Origin: Steroidobacteraceae bacterium
Lineage (GTDB): Bacteria > Pseudomonadota > Gammaproteobacteria > Steroidobacterales > Steroidobacteraceae
Assembly: GCA_025451275.1 (NCBI GenBank)
Contig: JANWKR010000040.1
Coordinates: forward strand, 118-64,117
Direction: 5' to 3'
Length of the DNA stretch: 64,000 bases
Positions 26,464 to 38,990 of the stretch are shown piece after piece; within the stretch, counting starts at the first letter, position 1; each line of letters opens with the position of its first letter. A program made the translations under genes and the position numbers. The notes under the pieces are model-generated. The model was not told the DNA's origin, ran no database searches, and saw only the letters and a list, made by a program, of their open reading frames with translations.

Positions 26464-27210
26464 ATGAGTGGCGACGACGAAGGGCGGCTGCGCAACACGC
26501 TGTACCGCACCACCACGCGCTCGAGCCGGCGCATGACCCCGGCGCGCCGGCTGCTGTATCGCATCGCCGTGCCGGTCGCGCTGGCGATCATCCGCGCCTG
26601 GTGGTTCACCTGCCGGGTGGTGCGCGTCGAGGGCGTCGAGCACCTGGACGCCGCGCTCGCGCGCGCCCCCTCGCTGGTGCCGTGCTACTGGCACCAGCAC
26701 CAGCTGTACTGCGGCAAGTTCCTGGTCGAGCAGCGCGAGCGCGGCCTCGTGCCCGGCTGGCTCATCAGTCCCTCGGTGGACGGCGAGCTCGGCGCCATGA
26801 TGGTGCGGCGCTTCGGCGGGGCGGTGATCCGCGGTTCCTCCACGCACACCGGTGCGCGCGCGCTGCGCGACTACTACCAGGCGCTGGTGAAGGACAACGT
26901 CTCGCCGGTGATCACGCCCGACGGGCCGCGCGGCCCGCGCTTCAAGTTCAAGCCCGGCGCGCTGCTCCTGTCGCAGATGTCCGGGCGGCCGATCCTGCCC
27001 ATGGCCTACGCCGCCTCGCGCGCGCGGCTGATCAAGTGGGACAAGTTCGTGATCCCGCTGCCGGGGGCGCGCATCGCGATCGCCATCGGGCCGCCGGTCT
27101 ATGCCCCGCGCGTGACCGACGCCGCCGGCCTCGAGCGGCTGCAGCAGGAGATGGAGGGCGAGCTCAAGCGCCTGTACGGCGTCGCCCGTGCGGCGTTGCA
27201 GGGGCCCTGA
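26464..27210 (+). CDS. DUF374 / LPLAT-superfamily acyltransferase-like protein
   Basis: About 248 aa from ATG 26464. Motifs CYWHQHQL, SPSVDGELGAMMVRRFGGAVIRGSS, ITPDGPRGPRFKFKPGALLLS. Divergent from the P450-FAAL pair. Confidence 0.7.
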   Translation: MSGDDEGRLRNTLYRTTTRSSRRMTPARRLLYRIAVPVALAIIRAWWFTCRVVRVEGVEHLDAALARAPSLVPCYWHQHQLYCGKFLVEQRERGLVPGWLISPSVDGELGAMMVRRFGGAVIRGSSTHTGARALRDYYQALVKDNVSPVITPDGPRGPRFKFKPGALLLSQMSGRPILPMAYAASRARLIKWDKFVIPLPGARIAIAIGPPVYAPRVTDAAGLERLQQEMEGELKRLYGVARAALQGP

Positions 27211-27419
27211 AGCAGGGCGTCCCCGGGGATTCTGTTAAGTCTCGCAAAGCTCTTCCGGAACATGGTCTTAGCTTGTGTTCCTGATCAAGTGTGCGAGAAT
27301 CCCCTGCAACCACTTGGAAAATAGCGGCGGCGAATCGTCCAGTCCGTGACGGTGTGATACGTAACGCCGGTGGTTTTTGAATACGCTGCGGCCAAGGGTT
27401 AGTGGGAGACTCGGGGCAC

Positions 27420-30098
27420 ATGACGACTCCGCCGCCGGAAAAGCCGGCGGAATTTACCGCTTCGGACATTCTTTCGGCTGACGCCTGGACCGGCCGGACT
27501 CCCAAACCCGTGCTCGGCATCGACGTCGTCTGCACCAAGATCGCGGTCGACTTCCAGAACATGCGCCGCGACTCCATGGACGAGTGCGTGCGGCGCAATC
27601 TCGAGCTGCTGCGCGGGGCTACCGGCTGCGACTGCACCTTCCTGGCCGTGCTCGACCCCGAGGATTCGACCTTCGCCGAGGTGCGCCTGGCGCGCGGCGC
27701 CTTCGCCCAGTGCCGCCCGGAAGGGCTGCAGGGCGTGGGCATGGAATCGTTCCCGTGGCTGAAGAGCCGCAACGAGCATCTGCGCCTCTCGGAGCTGCGC
27801 GACAGCGCCACGCCGCGCAAGGAGCAGGCGACGGAAGCCGCACGCCTGGCGGACCTGCAGATCGGCTCGGCGCTGTTCGTGGCGCTGCGCGTGCAGGACA
27901 AGCCCGCCGGGTTCCTGGCCCTCGCCCACACCCTGCCGCGCGGCGCCTGGGACGTGAACCTGCAGCTGCTGATGAAGCTGGTGGGCACCAGCCTCGCCAC
28001 CGGACTTGAGCGCATCCGCACCGAGACGCGCCTCGCCAAGCTCGAGGAGCGCACCAATCTGTTCCAGGCCGCCGCCAACGACGGCATGTGGGACTTCGAC
28101 GTCGAGAACAACGAGGTCTACTTCTCGCCGCGCTGGAAGGCCATGCTCGGCTACGGCGACGACGACATGCGCGGCTCGCCCGACTGGCGCAGCCTCGTGC
28201 ACCCGGACGATCTGACGCGCGTGCAGGCGGCGATCCGCGACCACGTCGCCGGCAAGACCCCGATCTTCGAGAGCACGCACCGCATGCGGCACCGCAACGG
28301 CGAGTGGCGCTGGGTCATCAGCCGCGCCACGGCGCGCGTCGACAAGCACGGGCGGCTGCTGCGCCTGGTGGGTGTCGAGCTCGATATCACCGAGCGCAAG
28401 CTGTACGAGGAGGCGCTGTTCCGCGAGAAGGAGAGCGCCCAGATCACCCTGCAGTCGATCGGCGACGGCGTCATCACGACCGATGCCAATTCCACGATCG
28501 ACTACATCAACCCGGTCGCCGAGGAGCTGACCGGCTGGCGGCTCGAGGACGCCATGGGGCGGCCGGTGGAGGAGATCTTCCGCGCCTTCCACGAGGAGAC
28601 CTGCGAGCCGCTCGAGAATCCGCTGACCGTGTCGATCCGCCGCATCCGCCCCATCAAGTCGGTGCGCCCGATGCTGCTCATCCGCCGCGACGGCAACGAG
28701 CTGTACGTCGAGAGCACCGCCGCCCCGATCCGCGACGGCTCCGGCCACGTGGCCGGCGGCGTGCTGGTGTTCCATGACGTGTCCGAGTCGCGCGAGCTCA
28801 ACCGCCGCCTCTCCTACCACGCCAGCCACGACCTGCTCACCGGGCTGGTCAACCGGCGCGAGTTCGAGAGCCGCCTGGAGCGGGCGCTGAAGAGCGCCAA
28901 GGCGCGCGAGGCGTCCTATGCGCTCGCCTACCTCGACATCGACCAGTTCAAGATCGTCAACGACAGCTGTGGCCACGGCGCCGGCGACGCACTGCTCGGC
29001 CAGGTCGGTGCGCTGCTCAAGTCCAAGGTGCGCTGGCGCGACACGCTCTCGCGCCTCGGCGGCGATGAGTTCGGCATCCTGCTCGAAAGCTGCTCGCTGG
29101 ATGAGGCGATGCGCACCGCCGAGACGCTGCGCGAGAGCGTGCGCAACTTCCGCTTCACCTGGGAAGACCGCGTGTTCCGCCTCGGCGCCAGCATCGGCGT
29201 GGTACCGATCACGCCCGACAACGAGGACGTGGCCGGCATCCTCTCGGCCGCCGACTCGGCCTGCGCCGCCGCCAAGGAGTCCGGCCGCAACCGCGTGCAC
29301 TCCTTCGCCGAGAACGACATCGAGCTCATGCGCCGCCGCAAGGAGATGCAGTGGGCGGCGCGCATCAACGCGGCGCTGGAAGAGGGGCGCTTCGAGCTGT
29401 TCCGCATGGCGATCCAGCCGCTGCAGCGGGTCGAGGTCGGCCAGCATTACGAGCTGCTGCTGCGCCTCAAGGACGAGACCGGGCGGATCGTCGCCCCCAA
29501 CGACTTCATCGCCGCGGCCGAGCGCTACGGCATCACCCCGGCGATCGACCGCTGGGTGATCGAGAACGCGTTCCGCTGGCTGGTGTCCGATTCCGACGAG
29601 CGCGAGAAGCTCGCGCAGTGCTCGATCAACCTCTCCGGGCAGAGCCTCGGCGATGACAAGTTCCTGCCGTTCGTCATCGAGCAGCTGCGCCACAGCGGCC
29701 TCGACGCGACCAAGATCTGCTTCGAGATCACCGAGACGGCCGCGGTGCAGAGCTACTCGCAGGCCAACCGCTTCATCCAGGCGCTGAAGGAGCAGGGCTG
29801 CAAGTTCGCGCTCGATGACTTCGGCACCGGCCTGTCCTCGTTCGGCTACCTCAAGCACTTCCCGGTCGACTTCCTCAAGATCGACGGCAGCTTCGTGCGC
29901 GAGATCCTCCGCGACCCGATCGACCGCGAGATGGTGCGCTCGATCAACGAGATCGGGCACCTGACCGGCAAGCAGACCATCGCGGAGTTCGCCGAGAACG
30001 CCGAGATCATCCAGATGCTCACCAGCCTCGGCGTCGACTACGCGCAGGGCTACGGCGTCGCCCAGCCGCAGCGCGTGGTGAAGTCAGCGGTTGCCTGA
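27420..30098 (+). CDS. GAF-PAS-PAS-GGDEF-EAL signalling protein (c-di-GMP turnover)
   Basis: About 892 aa. GGDEF intact (SRLGGDEFGILL) with an RxxD I-site (RWRD) 5 residues upstream. EAL domain with YELLLRL, QCSINLSG, FEITETA, ALDDFGTG, KIDGSF, EFAEN, QGY. No TM segment. GTG 27402 is an alternative start. Confidence 0.9.
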   Translation: MTTPPPEKPAEFTASDILSADAWTGRTPKPVLGIDVVCTKIAVDFQNMRRDSMDECVRRNLELLRGATGCDCTFLAVLDPEDSTFAEVRLARGAFAQCRPEGLQGVGMESFPWLKSRNEHLRLSELRDSATPRKEQATEAARLADLQIGSALFVALRVQDKPAGFLALAHTLPRGAWDVNLQLLMKLVGTSLATGLERIRTETRLAKLEERTNLFQAAANDGMWDFDVENNEVYFSPRWKAMLGYGDDDMRGSPDWRSLVHPDDLTRVQAAIRDHVAGKTPIFESTHRMRHRNGEWRWVISRATARVDKHGRLLRLVGVELDITERKLYEEALFREKESAQITLQSIGDGVITTDANSTIDYINPVAEELTGWRLEDAMGRPVEEIFRAFHEETCEPLENPLTVSIRRIRPIKSVRPMLLIRRDGNELYVESTAAPIRDGSGHVAGGVLVFHDVSESRELNRRLSYHASHDLLTGLVNRREFESRLERALKSAKAREASYALAYLDIDQFKIVNDSCGHGAGDALLGQVGALLKSKVRWRDTLSRLGGDEFGILLESCSLDEAMRTAETLRESVRNFRFTWEDRVFRLGASIGVVPITPDNEDVAGILSAADSACAAAKESGRNRVHSFAENDIELMRRRKEMQWAARINAALEEGRFELFRMAIQPLQRVEVGQHYELLLRLKDETGRIVAPNDFIAAAERYGITPAIDRWVIENAFRWLVSDSDEREKLAQCSINLSGQSLGDDKFLPFVIEQLRHSGLDATKICFEITETAAVQSYSQANRFIQALKEQGCKFALDDFGTGLSSFGYLKHFPVDFLKIDGSFVREILRDPIDREMVRSINEIGHLTGKQTIAEFAENAEIIQMLTSLGVDYAQGYGVAQPQRVVKSAVA

Positions 30099-30207
30099 GG
30101 CGACGCGCTCGCCGGTGCCGCCGGCCGGCGCTGCCGAGACGACCCCCTCCCGCAGGTTTCCGCCGCCGTGGCCTGCGCCCGGCCGCGCGCTGCGCGCGAG
30201 CGTGCCG

Positions 30208-30747
30208 CTAGCCGCGGGGGGCGTAGAACAGGTAGTCGGCGCTGTACGGCACTTTCGTCTCGCTGCCCTGCTTCGTGGCGTCGCACTGCGCCGCCGGCGG
30301 CGCCTGGCCGTCGTGGGTGCGGATGCGCTGCACGTGCGTGACGTGCGCGAGCGTGCCGGTGCCGCCGTGACCGACGACTCCCAGCAGCAGCCACGGGATC
30401 GAGTGGCGGTCGGGCGCATCGGCATGGGCCACCGCCTTGCCGGTGATCTCGCTGCCGTCCTGGTGCTTCCAGGTGGGGCCTGCCGAGTGATGGACGACGA
30501 CCGCGCCCTTGGCGTCGCGCAGCTCCGCCTCCGGGCCCTTGAGCGTCCACTGCGCCACGCCGCCGGTGACCGTGCACGCGTAGATCTGCACCCCTTCGGC
30601 GTGTGCGCGCAGCACCAGCTGTTCGCCGGCCGGGGCTGCGATCTCGAGCGGTATCTCCTCGGCGGCGCTGGCAATCGCCGCGGCGGCCGCCATGGCGCCG
30701 CAGAGCGCCATGCGGGCGGCCTGGAGTCTGATGCATCGATCCGTCAT
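30208..30747 (-). CDS. Secreted DUF3455-family protein
   Basis: 179 aa with a signal-like N-terminus (MALCGAMAAAAAIASA). Motifs GVQIYAC, GPTWKHQDGS, IPWLLL, VQRIRTHDGQAP, VPYSADYLFY. The start could be M1 or M13. Confidence 0.65.
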   Translation of the reverse strand: MTDRCIRLQAARMALCGAMAAAAAIASAAEEIPLEIAAPAGEQLVLRAHAEGVQIYACTVTGGVAQWTLKGPEAELRDAKGAVVVHHSAGPTWKHQDGSEITGKAVAHADAPDRHSIPWLLLGVVGHGGTGTLAHVTHVQRIRTHDGQAPPAAQCDATKQGSETKVPYSADYLFYAPRG

Positions 30748-30777
30748 GTGACCTCCGTACCTGACCCGCCGCGGGCC

Positions 30778-31632
30778 TCAGCCGGCGCCGAATTCCAGGC
30801 GCATCGACAGGTCGATGGCGTGCACGTGCTTGGTGAGTGAGCCCACCGATACATAGTCGACCCCGGTTTCGGCGATCGCCCGTACCGCCTCCAGCGCCAC
30901 GCTGCCCGAGGCTTCGAGCCGGGCGCGGCGGCCCGCGGCGCGGTTGCGCGCCACCGCGGCGCGCATGTCCTCGAGGCTGAAGTCGTCCAGCATGATGATG
31001 TCGGGGGCGGCAGCGAGGGCCTGCTCGAGCTCGGCGAGCGACTCGACTTCTACCTCCACCGCGATCCCGGGCGCGGTGCGGCGCGCGGTGGCGATGGCCC
31101 CGGCGATCGAGCCGGCGGCGGCGATGTGGTTCTCCTTGATGAGCACGCGGTCGTAGAGGCCCATGCGGTGGTTGTCGCCGCCGCCGCAGCGCACGGCGTA
31201 CTTCTGTGCACTGCGCAGCCCGGGCAGGGTCTTGCGCGTATCGAGGATGCGGCACTCGGTGCCGGCCACCGCGTCCACGAAACGCCGCGTCACGGTCGCG
31301 GTGGCCGACAGCAGCTGCAGGAAGTTGAGCGCGGTGCGCTCACCGGTGAGGATCGCGCGTGCCGGACCTGCGATCTCGAACACCACCGCGCCGGCGGTGA
31401 CGGGCTCGCCGTCGGCCGCGCGCCACGTCATGCGCACCTGCGGGTCGAGGCGGGTGAAGATTGCCTCCGCCCAGGGCCGCCCGCACAGGATGGCGTCCTC
31501 GCGCGTCACCAGCCGGCCACGCACCTGCTGCGCAGCCGGCACGAGCGCGGCGGTCACATCACCGCTGCCGATGTCCTCGCGCAGCGCCGCATCGACCTGG
31601 GCGTCGAGATCGGCCGGCGGTGATGTGGGCAC
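30778..31632 (-). CDS. nadC: Nicotinate-nucleotide diphosphorylase (quinolinate phosphoribosyltransferase)
   Basis: 284 aa. Motifs ALREDIGSGDVTA, ILTGERTALNFLQ, ILDTRKT, IMLDDF, LEASGSV. Confidence 0.92.
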   Translation of the reverse strand: MPTSPPADLDAQVDAALREDIGSGDVTAALVPAAQQVRGRLVTREDAILCGRPWAEAIFTRLDPQVRMTWRAADGEPVTAGAVVFEIAGPARAILTGERTALNFLQLLSATATVTRRFVDAVAGTECRILDTRKTLPGLRSAQKYAVRCGGGDNHRMGLYDRVLIKENHIAAAGSIAGAIATARRTAPGIAVEVEVESLAELEQALAAAPDIIMLDDFSLEDMRAAVARNRAAGRRARLEASGSVALEAVRAIAETGVDYVSVGSLTKHVHAIDLSMRLEFGAG

Positions 31633-31638
31633 CGGACC

Positions 31639-32217
31639 TCAGTAGAGGGGCAGGCCGTGGCTGGAGGCCCCCATGCACATGAGCATGGGAATCGACAGCA
31701 CGAAGTTCACCCGCGAGGCCATGCCGGCGGTCTTGCGCGCCTTGGCCTTCTCCTCGTCGGTGGCGGCGACGAGGCCCAGGATCTTCTTCTGGTTCGGCCA
31801 GATGAGGACCCAGACGTTGAACAGCATGATGGTGCCGAGCCAGGCGCCCGTGCCGATCGCGCGGCTGCCCTCGGCGAAGGTGAAGGCCGGCACGAAACGC
31901 GGGCCGAGGAGGGCGGCGCCGCCGAGCCAGGTCGCTACCGCGCCCCAGCGGAACCAGAACAGCGCCCGCGGGGCCACATACTTGGTGATGCCGGCTCCGC
32001 CCGGTCCACCCTTGTCCGCGGCCGCATCCGCCAGGGCCGGAGTCTGCGCCACGTTGAAGTAGTACAGCAGGCCGATCCAGAACACGCCCGCGACGATGTG
32101 GAACCAGCGCGCGAAGCTCAGCGGATTGATGTGCATGCCGCCGATCAGCACCGACAGCAGCAGCGCCAGCACGATGCCGAGGATGAGCGAGTGACGGTGG
32201 TTGTTCAGAAGATTCAT
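31639..32217 (-). CDS. Conserved integral membrane protein (resembles PuuD-type membrane domain; function uncertain)
   Basis: 192 aa with 4-5 hydrophobic helices. Motif HIVAGVFWIGLLYYFNVAQ. 7 nt upstream of nadC on the same strand. Confidence 0.5.
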   Translation of the reverse strand: MNLLNNHRHSLILGIVLALLLSVLIGGMHINPLSFARWFHIVAGVFWIGLLYYFNVAQTPALADAAADKGGPGGAGITKYVAPRALFWFRWGAVATWLGGAALLGPRFVPAFTFAEGSRAIGTGAWLGTIMLFNVWVLIWPNQKKILGLVAATDEEKAKARKTAGMASRVNFVLSIPMLMCMGASSHGLPLY

Positions 32218-32340
32218 GGCTTTATATCTCCAAGTTCTTGTTTCTGCAGGCTTGGGTTAGTTCCCGGCGTTTGAAGAATAGGCGAGCCACCCCCATAATT
32301 CAACGCAAGTTCAACAGGCGTCGGGGCGCTGTTAAGTCAC

Positions 32341-32550
32341 ATGAGTAACAGCGGTCCGAATCCACGCCCGGTGCAGCCCGCGGAGCGTCCTCCGTCCCCG
32401 TGCATCAACGTCTGCTCGCTCGACGAGCGGGGATACTGCATCGGATGCCTGCGTACCGGGGCGGAGATCGGGCGCTGGATGGCGATGAGCCCGGCCGAGC
32501 AGTGGAGTCTGCTGACCGAGCTCGCCGAGCGACGCAAGTCAATGAGGTAA
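32341..32550 (+). CDS. DUF1289 (YdhL-like) small Cys-rich protein
   Basis: 69 aa. Motif SPCINVCSLDERGYCIGCLRTGAEIGRW is typical of DUF1289. Confidence 0.75.
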   Translation: MSNSGPNPRPVQPAERPPSPCINVCSLDERGYCIGCLRTGAEIGRWMAMSPAEQWSLLTELAERRKSMR

Positions 32551-32557
32551 GGCAAGA

Positions 32558-32875
32558 ATGGATGTCGTGGAGAGAATCAAGACCGAACTCGGCTCGGCGC
32601 CGGTGGTGCTGTTCATGAAGGGCACGCCGGACTTCCCGCAGTGCGGGTTCTCGGCGCAGACGGTGGCGGCGCTGCGCGCCGTCGGCGCGCAGTTCAGGCA
32701 CGTCAATATCTTCGAGGAGCCGGAGCTGCGCGAGGCGCTCAAGCGCTTCTCCAACTGGCCGACGTATCCGCAGCTGTACGTCAAGGGCGAGCTGGTCGGC
32801 GGCTGCGACATCGCGCTCGAGATGTACAAGAGCGGCGAGCTGAAGAAGGTGCTGGCCGCAGCCGGCGCCGCCTAG
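32558..32875 (+). CDS. grxD: Monothiol glutaredoxin (Grx4 family)
   Basis: 105 aa. Motifs VVLFMKGTPDFPQCGFS (CGFS active site), WPTYPQLYVKGELVGGCDI. Confidence 0.93.
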   Translation: MDVVERIKTELGSAPVVLFMKGTPDFPQCGFSAQTVAALRAVGAQFRHVNIFEEPELREALKRFSNWPTYPQLYVKGELVGGCDIALEMYKSGELKKVLAAAGAA

Positions 32876-32892
32876 CGGCGCCGCGCCGCCGC

Positions 32893-33639
32893 TCACAGCG
32901 TCGGCAGCTCCGGCTCCAGCGGCGGCTCCTCGCCCGTCTCGGGCGCGCCGCTGAGCCAGCCGAGCGCGCGCGCCCGCTCCTCGGCGCCCTGGTAGCTGTC
33001 GCGCAGCCGGTTGCACACCAGGCAGAAGAGCGCGGCGCTGCGCTCGGCGTCGTAGCGCGCGCTGTGCGCGCTCCCGGCATCCCACTCCAGTCCCGCCACG
33101 GTCACCGCCTTGGCCAGCACCGTCTGGCCGAGCGCCGCGCCGGCGAGCGTCGCGGTGTCAAAGCACGAGAACGGATGAAACGGATTGCGCTTGACGTCGG
33201 CGCGCCCCACGGCGGCATTGAGGAAGCCCAGGTCGAACGCGGCGTTGTGGCCCACCAGAATGGCGCGCCGGCACTGATAGGCACGTACCGCGTGGCGCAC
33301 CTCGCGGAACACGCGCTGCAGCGCGTCGCGCTCGGGCAGCGCCGGGCGCAGCGGGTGAAAGGGATCGATACCGGTGATGGCGAGGGCAGCCGGGTCGAGC
33401 CGTGCGCCGGGGAAGGGCTGGACGTGAAAGTTGTGCGAGGCGCCGGGGCGCAGCGTGCCGTCCGCGTCCATGTCGATCAGCACCGCGGCAATCTCCAGCA
33501 GCGCATCGGTGGCGGAGTTGAAGCCGCCGCACTCGACGTCGATCGCCACCGGCAGGTAACCGCGGAAGCGCCGCGTCATGAGCGCGGCGGTCGCAGCCGG
33601 CGGCGCGGGCGCCTCGGCCGGGGCGGATTCGCGGCTCAT
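32893..33639 (-). CDS. rnt: Ribonuclease T
   Basis: DEDDh exonuclease: [40 protein letters not shown]. The start may be M1 (33639) or the internal MTRRFRGY. Confidence 0.88.
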   Translation of the reverse strand: MSRESAPAEAPAPPAATAALMTRRFRGYLPVAIDVECGGFNSATDALLEIAAVLIDMDADGTLRPGASHNFHVQPFPGARLDPAALAITGIDPFHPLRPALPERDALQRVFREVRHAVRAYQCRRAILVGHNAAFDLGFLNAAVGRADVKRNPFHPFSCFDTATLAGAALGQTVLAKAVTVAGLEWDAGSAHSARYDAERSAALFCLVCNRLRDSYQGAEERARALGWLSGAPETGEEPPLEPELPTL

Positions 33640-33650
33640 ATGGTCAGCCC

Positions 33651-34682
33651 TCAGGCCGCCAGCCGCCAGGCGAGCGACTCGCCGGCGCGCAGCGGCACCA
33701 GCTCCTCATCGCCGAACGGCAGGCGCTCCGGCACGCGCCACGCGTCCCGGGTGAGGGTGACGGTCGCCTCGTTGCGCGGCAGGCCGTAGAAAGCGGCGCC
33801 GTTGAGCGCGGCGAACGCCTCGAGCTGGTCCAGCGCACCGGCCGCCTCGAAAGCCTCGGCGTACAGCTCGATGCCGGCGTGCGCGGAGAAAATGCCGGCG
33901 CAGCCGCACGCGGCTTCCTTGGCGCGGCGCGCATGCGGGGCGCTGTCGGTGCCGAGAAACAGCCGCGGGCTGCCGCCGGCGACCGCCGCGAGCAGGGCGG
34001 CGCGGTGCTCCTCGGCCTTCAGCACCGGCAGGCAGTAGTGGTGCGGCTGCAGGCCGCCGGCAAACAGCGCGTTGCGGTTCATGAGCAGGTGCTGCGGCGT
34101 CACGGTGGCGCCGATACCGGCGCGCGCACCGTGCACAAAGTCGAGCGCGGCGCGCGTGGTGATGTGCTCGAACACGATGCGCAGCTGGAGGTGCCGGGCC
34201 GCGAGCGGTGCCAGCACCGCCTCGATGAAACGCGCCTCGCGCTCGAAGATGTCGACCTGCGGGTCGGTCACCTCGCCATGCACCTGCAGCACCATGCCGA
34301 CCTCGGCCATGCGCGCCAGGGTCGCGTCGATGCGGCGCACGTCCGTGACCCCGGCGTCGGAGTGCGTGGTCGCACCGGCCGGATAGAGCTTGCAGCCGAC
34401 GATGCCTGCGGCCTTGGCGCGCGTGATCTCTTCGGGCGGCGTGGCATCGGTCAGGTACAGGGTCATGAGCGGCTCGAACGCGGCGCCGGCCGGCAGCCGT
34501 GCGCGGATGCGCTCGCGGTACTCGAGCGCCTGGCGCGTCGTGGTCACCGGCGGGTTCAGGTTCGGCATGACCATGGCGCGCGCGAACCGCGCGGCGGTGA
34601 ACGGCAGCACCGCGGCCAGCGCGGCACCGTCGCGCAGGTGCACGTGCCAGTCGTCGGGACGCCGCAGCACCAGGGACTTCAC
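33651..34682 (-). CDS. pyrC: Dihydroorotase (homodimeric type)
   Basis: 343 aa from GTG 34682. Motifs [41 protein letters not shown]. Its start overlaps the upstream peptidase stop (GTGA). The track ORF extension to 34964 lies inside that gene. Confidence 0.9.
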   Translation of the reverse strand: MKSLVLRRPDDWHVHLRDGAALAAVLPFTAARFARAMVMPNLNPPVTTTRQALEYRERIRARLPAGAAFEPLMTLYLTDATPPEEITRAKAAGIVGCKLYPAGATTHSDAGVTDVRRIDATLARMAEVGMVLQVHGEVTDPQVDIFEREARFIEAVLAPLAARHLQLRIVFEHITTRAALDFVHGARAGIGATVTPQHLLMNRNALFAGGLQPHHYCLPVLKAEEHRAALLAAVAGGSPRLFLGTDSAPHARRAKEAACGCAGIFSAHAGIELYAEAFEAAGALDQLEAFAALNGAAFYGLPRNEATVTLTRDAWRVPERLPFGDEELVPLRAGESLAWRLAA

Positions 34683-36250
34683 GGCGCGGGCCCCAGCGCG
34701 GCAAACACGTTCTGCTTCAGCAGCAGCTCGAGGGCGAAGCGCACGCCGAAGCCGGTGATGTCGGTGCTCACGTGGCCGAGTCCGCCGCTGCGGCTGGCGG
34801 CCGACAGGTCGACGTGCGCCCAGGGCGTGGTCTGCGGCACGAAGCGCGACAGGAAGCGGGTCGCGAGAATGTGATCGCCCTTGCCCTCCACGGCGCATTG
34901 CACGACGTCGGCGACCTTGCTCTCGAGCTCGGCGTCGTAGTCGGCCTCGAACGGGAAGTTCCACACGCGCTCACCGCTGGCGCGGCCGGCGCTCTCGAGC
35001 TTGCCGGCCAGTGCCGGCCGGTTGCTGAACACGCCGCTCATGCGCTCGGTGAGCGCGTAGACGCACGCGCCGGTGAGCGTGGCGAAGTCGAGCATGAGGC
35101 GCGGCTGCGTGCGCGCGGCGAGGGCGAGGGTGTCGGCGAGCACCATGCGGCCTTCGGCGTCGGTGTGGATCACCTGGATGGTGACGCCGTTGGCGGCGGT
35201 CACCACCTCCTGCGGCTTGTAGGCGTGTGGCCCGATGCGGTTCTCGGTGATCGCCAGCCACGCATCGGCCGCCAGCGGTGCGCGCAGCTCGGCGAGCGCG
35301 ATCAGGGTTGCGAGCGCCACGGCGCTGCCGGCCATGTCGGTGTGCATGTCGAGCATCGAGCGGTGCGTCTTGAGGTTGACGCCGCCGGTGTCGAACAGGA
35401 TCCCCTTGCCGACGAGCGCCACGTCCGGGTGCGCGGCGCGCCGCCGGCGCGCCGGGCGGTAGCGCAGGTGCGCGATACCGGCCCCGGCGGCATCGTTGCC
35501 CGAGGCCACCGCGAGGAAGGCGTTGGCGCCAGCGCGGCGCAGCGCACGCTCGTCGAGCCAGGTGAGGCCGAGCCTGTGCCGGCGCGCCAGTTGCCCGATG
35601 AGGCGGCGGTAGCCGCCCGCATCCAGCATGTTGGGCGGCAGCGCGGTCAGCCAGCGCACGAGGTTGGTGCCGCGGGCGCTCGCCGCGGCGTGGCGCGTAT
35701 CGAGACCGTCGGCGTCGAGCAGCGCGATGCGGCGCACGTGCCGCTCGGGGTGCGCCTGAGTGCGGAAGCTCGGCAGCGGGAAGGCATGCGCGAGCGTCGC
35801 CGCCAGCAGTGCCTCCAGCGCGGCGCGGCCGGCGGCGCGCGGCCCGGGCGCGGCGAGCGCCAGCTGTTGCGGCTGGCGCGCGGCTGTCTCCTTGAGCATG
35901 CGCCCGGCGAGCGCCAGGCGTTCGAAGGGGCTCGCCTTGGCGTCGAGGTAGCCGAGCACCGCGAGCGTGTGGCGGGGGTTGGCGAGCACCGTGGTGCGTA
36001 CGCTGCCGGCGCGGGCGGGTTCGCGCGCGTGCAGCTCCTGCCAGCGCGTGCTCTCGGGCAGCGCACGGAATGTCGCATCGCCGGCCGGCAGTGTGACGAT
36101 CGCCAGCAGGGCGTCGAGCTGCGCGGCATCGGCGCGCTGCGCGGCGACGATCGCGGGCGCAGCCGCCACCGGCAGCAGGCCCTCGCTGCGAGCCGCGGAA
36201 GCCCGGGAGCTCACTTGCTTTACCTGCCGCTGCTCGCCATCATTACTCAT
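34679..36250 (-). CDS. M17 leucyl-aminopeptidase-family protein
   Basis: Catalytic-domain motifs VGKGILFDTGGVNLK, DMAGSAV, HTDAEGRMVLAD, TLTGA. Start assigned to ATG 36250 (MSNDGEQ); the N-terminus is uncertain. Confidence 0.8.
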   Translation of the reverse strand: MSNDGEQRQVKQVSSRASAARSEGLLPVAAAPAIVAAQRADAAQLDALLAIVTLPAGDATFRALPESTRWQELHAREPARAGSVRTTVLANPRHTLAVLGYLDAKASPFERLALAGRMLKETAARQPQQLALAAPGPRAAGRAALEALLAATLAHAFPLPSFRTQAHPERHVRRIALLDADGLDTRHAAASARGTNLVRWLTALPPNMLDAGGYRRLIGQLARRHRLGLTWLDERALRRAGANAFLAVASGNDAAGAGIAHLRYRPARRRRAAHPDVALVGKGILFDTGGVNLKTHRSMLDMHTDMAGSAVALATLIALAELRAPLAADAWLAITENRIGPHAYKPQEVVTAANGVTIQVIHTDAEGRMVLADTLALAARTQPRLMLDFATLTGACVYALTERMSGVFSNRPALAGKLESAGRASGERVWNFPFEADYDAELESKVADVVQCAVEGKGDHILATRFLSRFVPQTTPWAHVDLSAASRSGGLGHVSTDITGFGVRFALELLLKQNVFAALGPAP

Positions 36251-36310
36251 TCTAACGCGACCGAAGCACGCGCGCGTGAGCGCCGCCGCCACCGCGCCGC
36301 CAGCGAACGC

Positions 36311-38980
<2,670 letters not shown>

Positions 38981-38990
38981 GGGTGTCCTC

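Noticed and set aside
27399-29960. 853-aa minus-strand ORF opposite the GGDEF-EAL gene
   Set aside because: Antisense shadow. It has no recognisable motifs, whereas the plus frame has complete GAF/PAS/GGDEF/EAL signatures.
34772-36310. 5' 1.5 kb of the 1402-aa plus-strand ORF that ends as aceE
   Set aside because: This part is antisense to the M17 peptidase gene and reads as low-complexity text. The recognisable AceE N-terminus starts at ATG 36311.
36251-36310. Very short (60-nt) divergent spacer between the M17 peptidase gene and aceE; considered as a sign of a mis-called start or a missing pdhR
   Set aside because: The peptidase start is uncertain and may lie further in, which would enlarge the spacer. 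The absence of pdhR is common outside enterics. This is not enough evidence for a finding.
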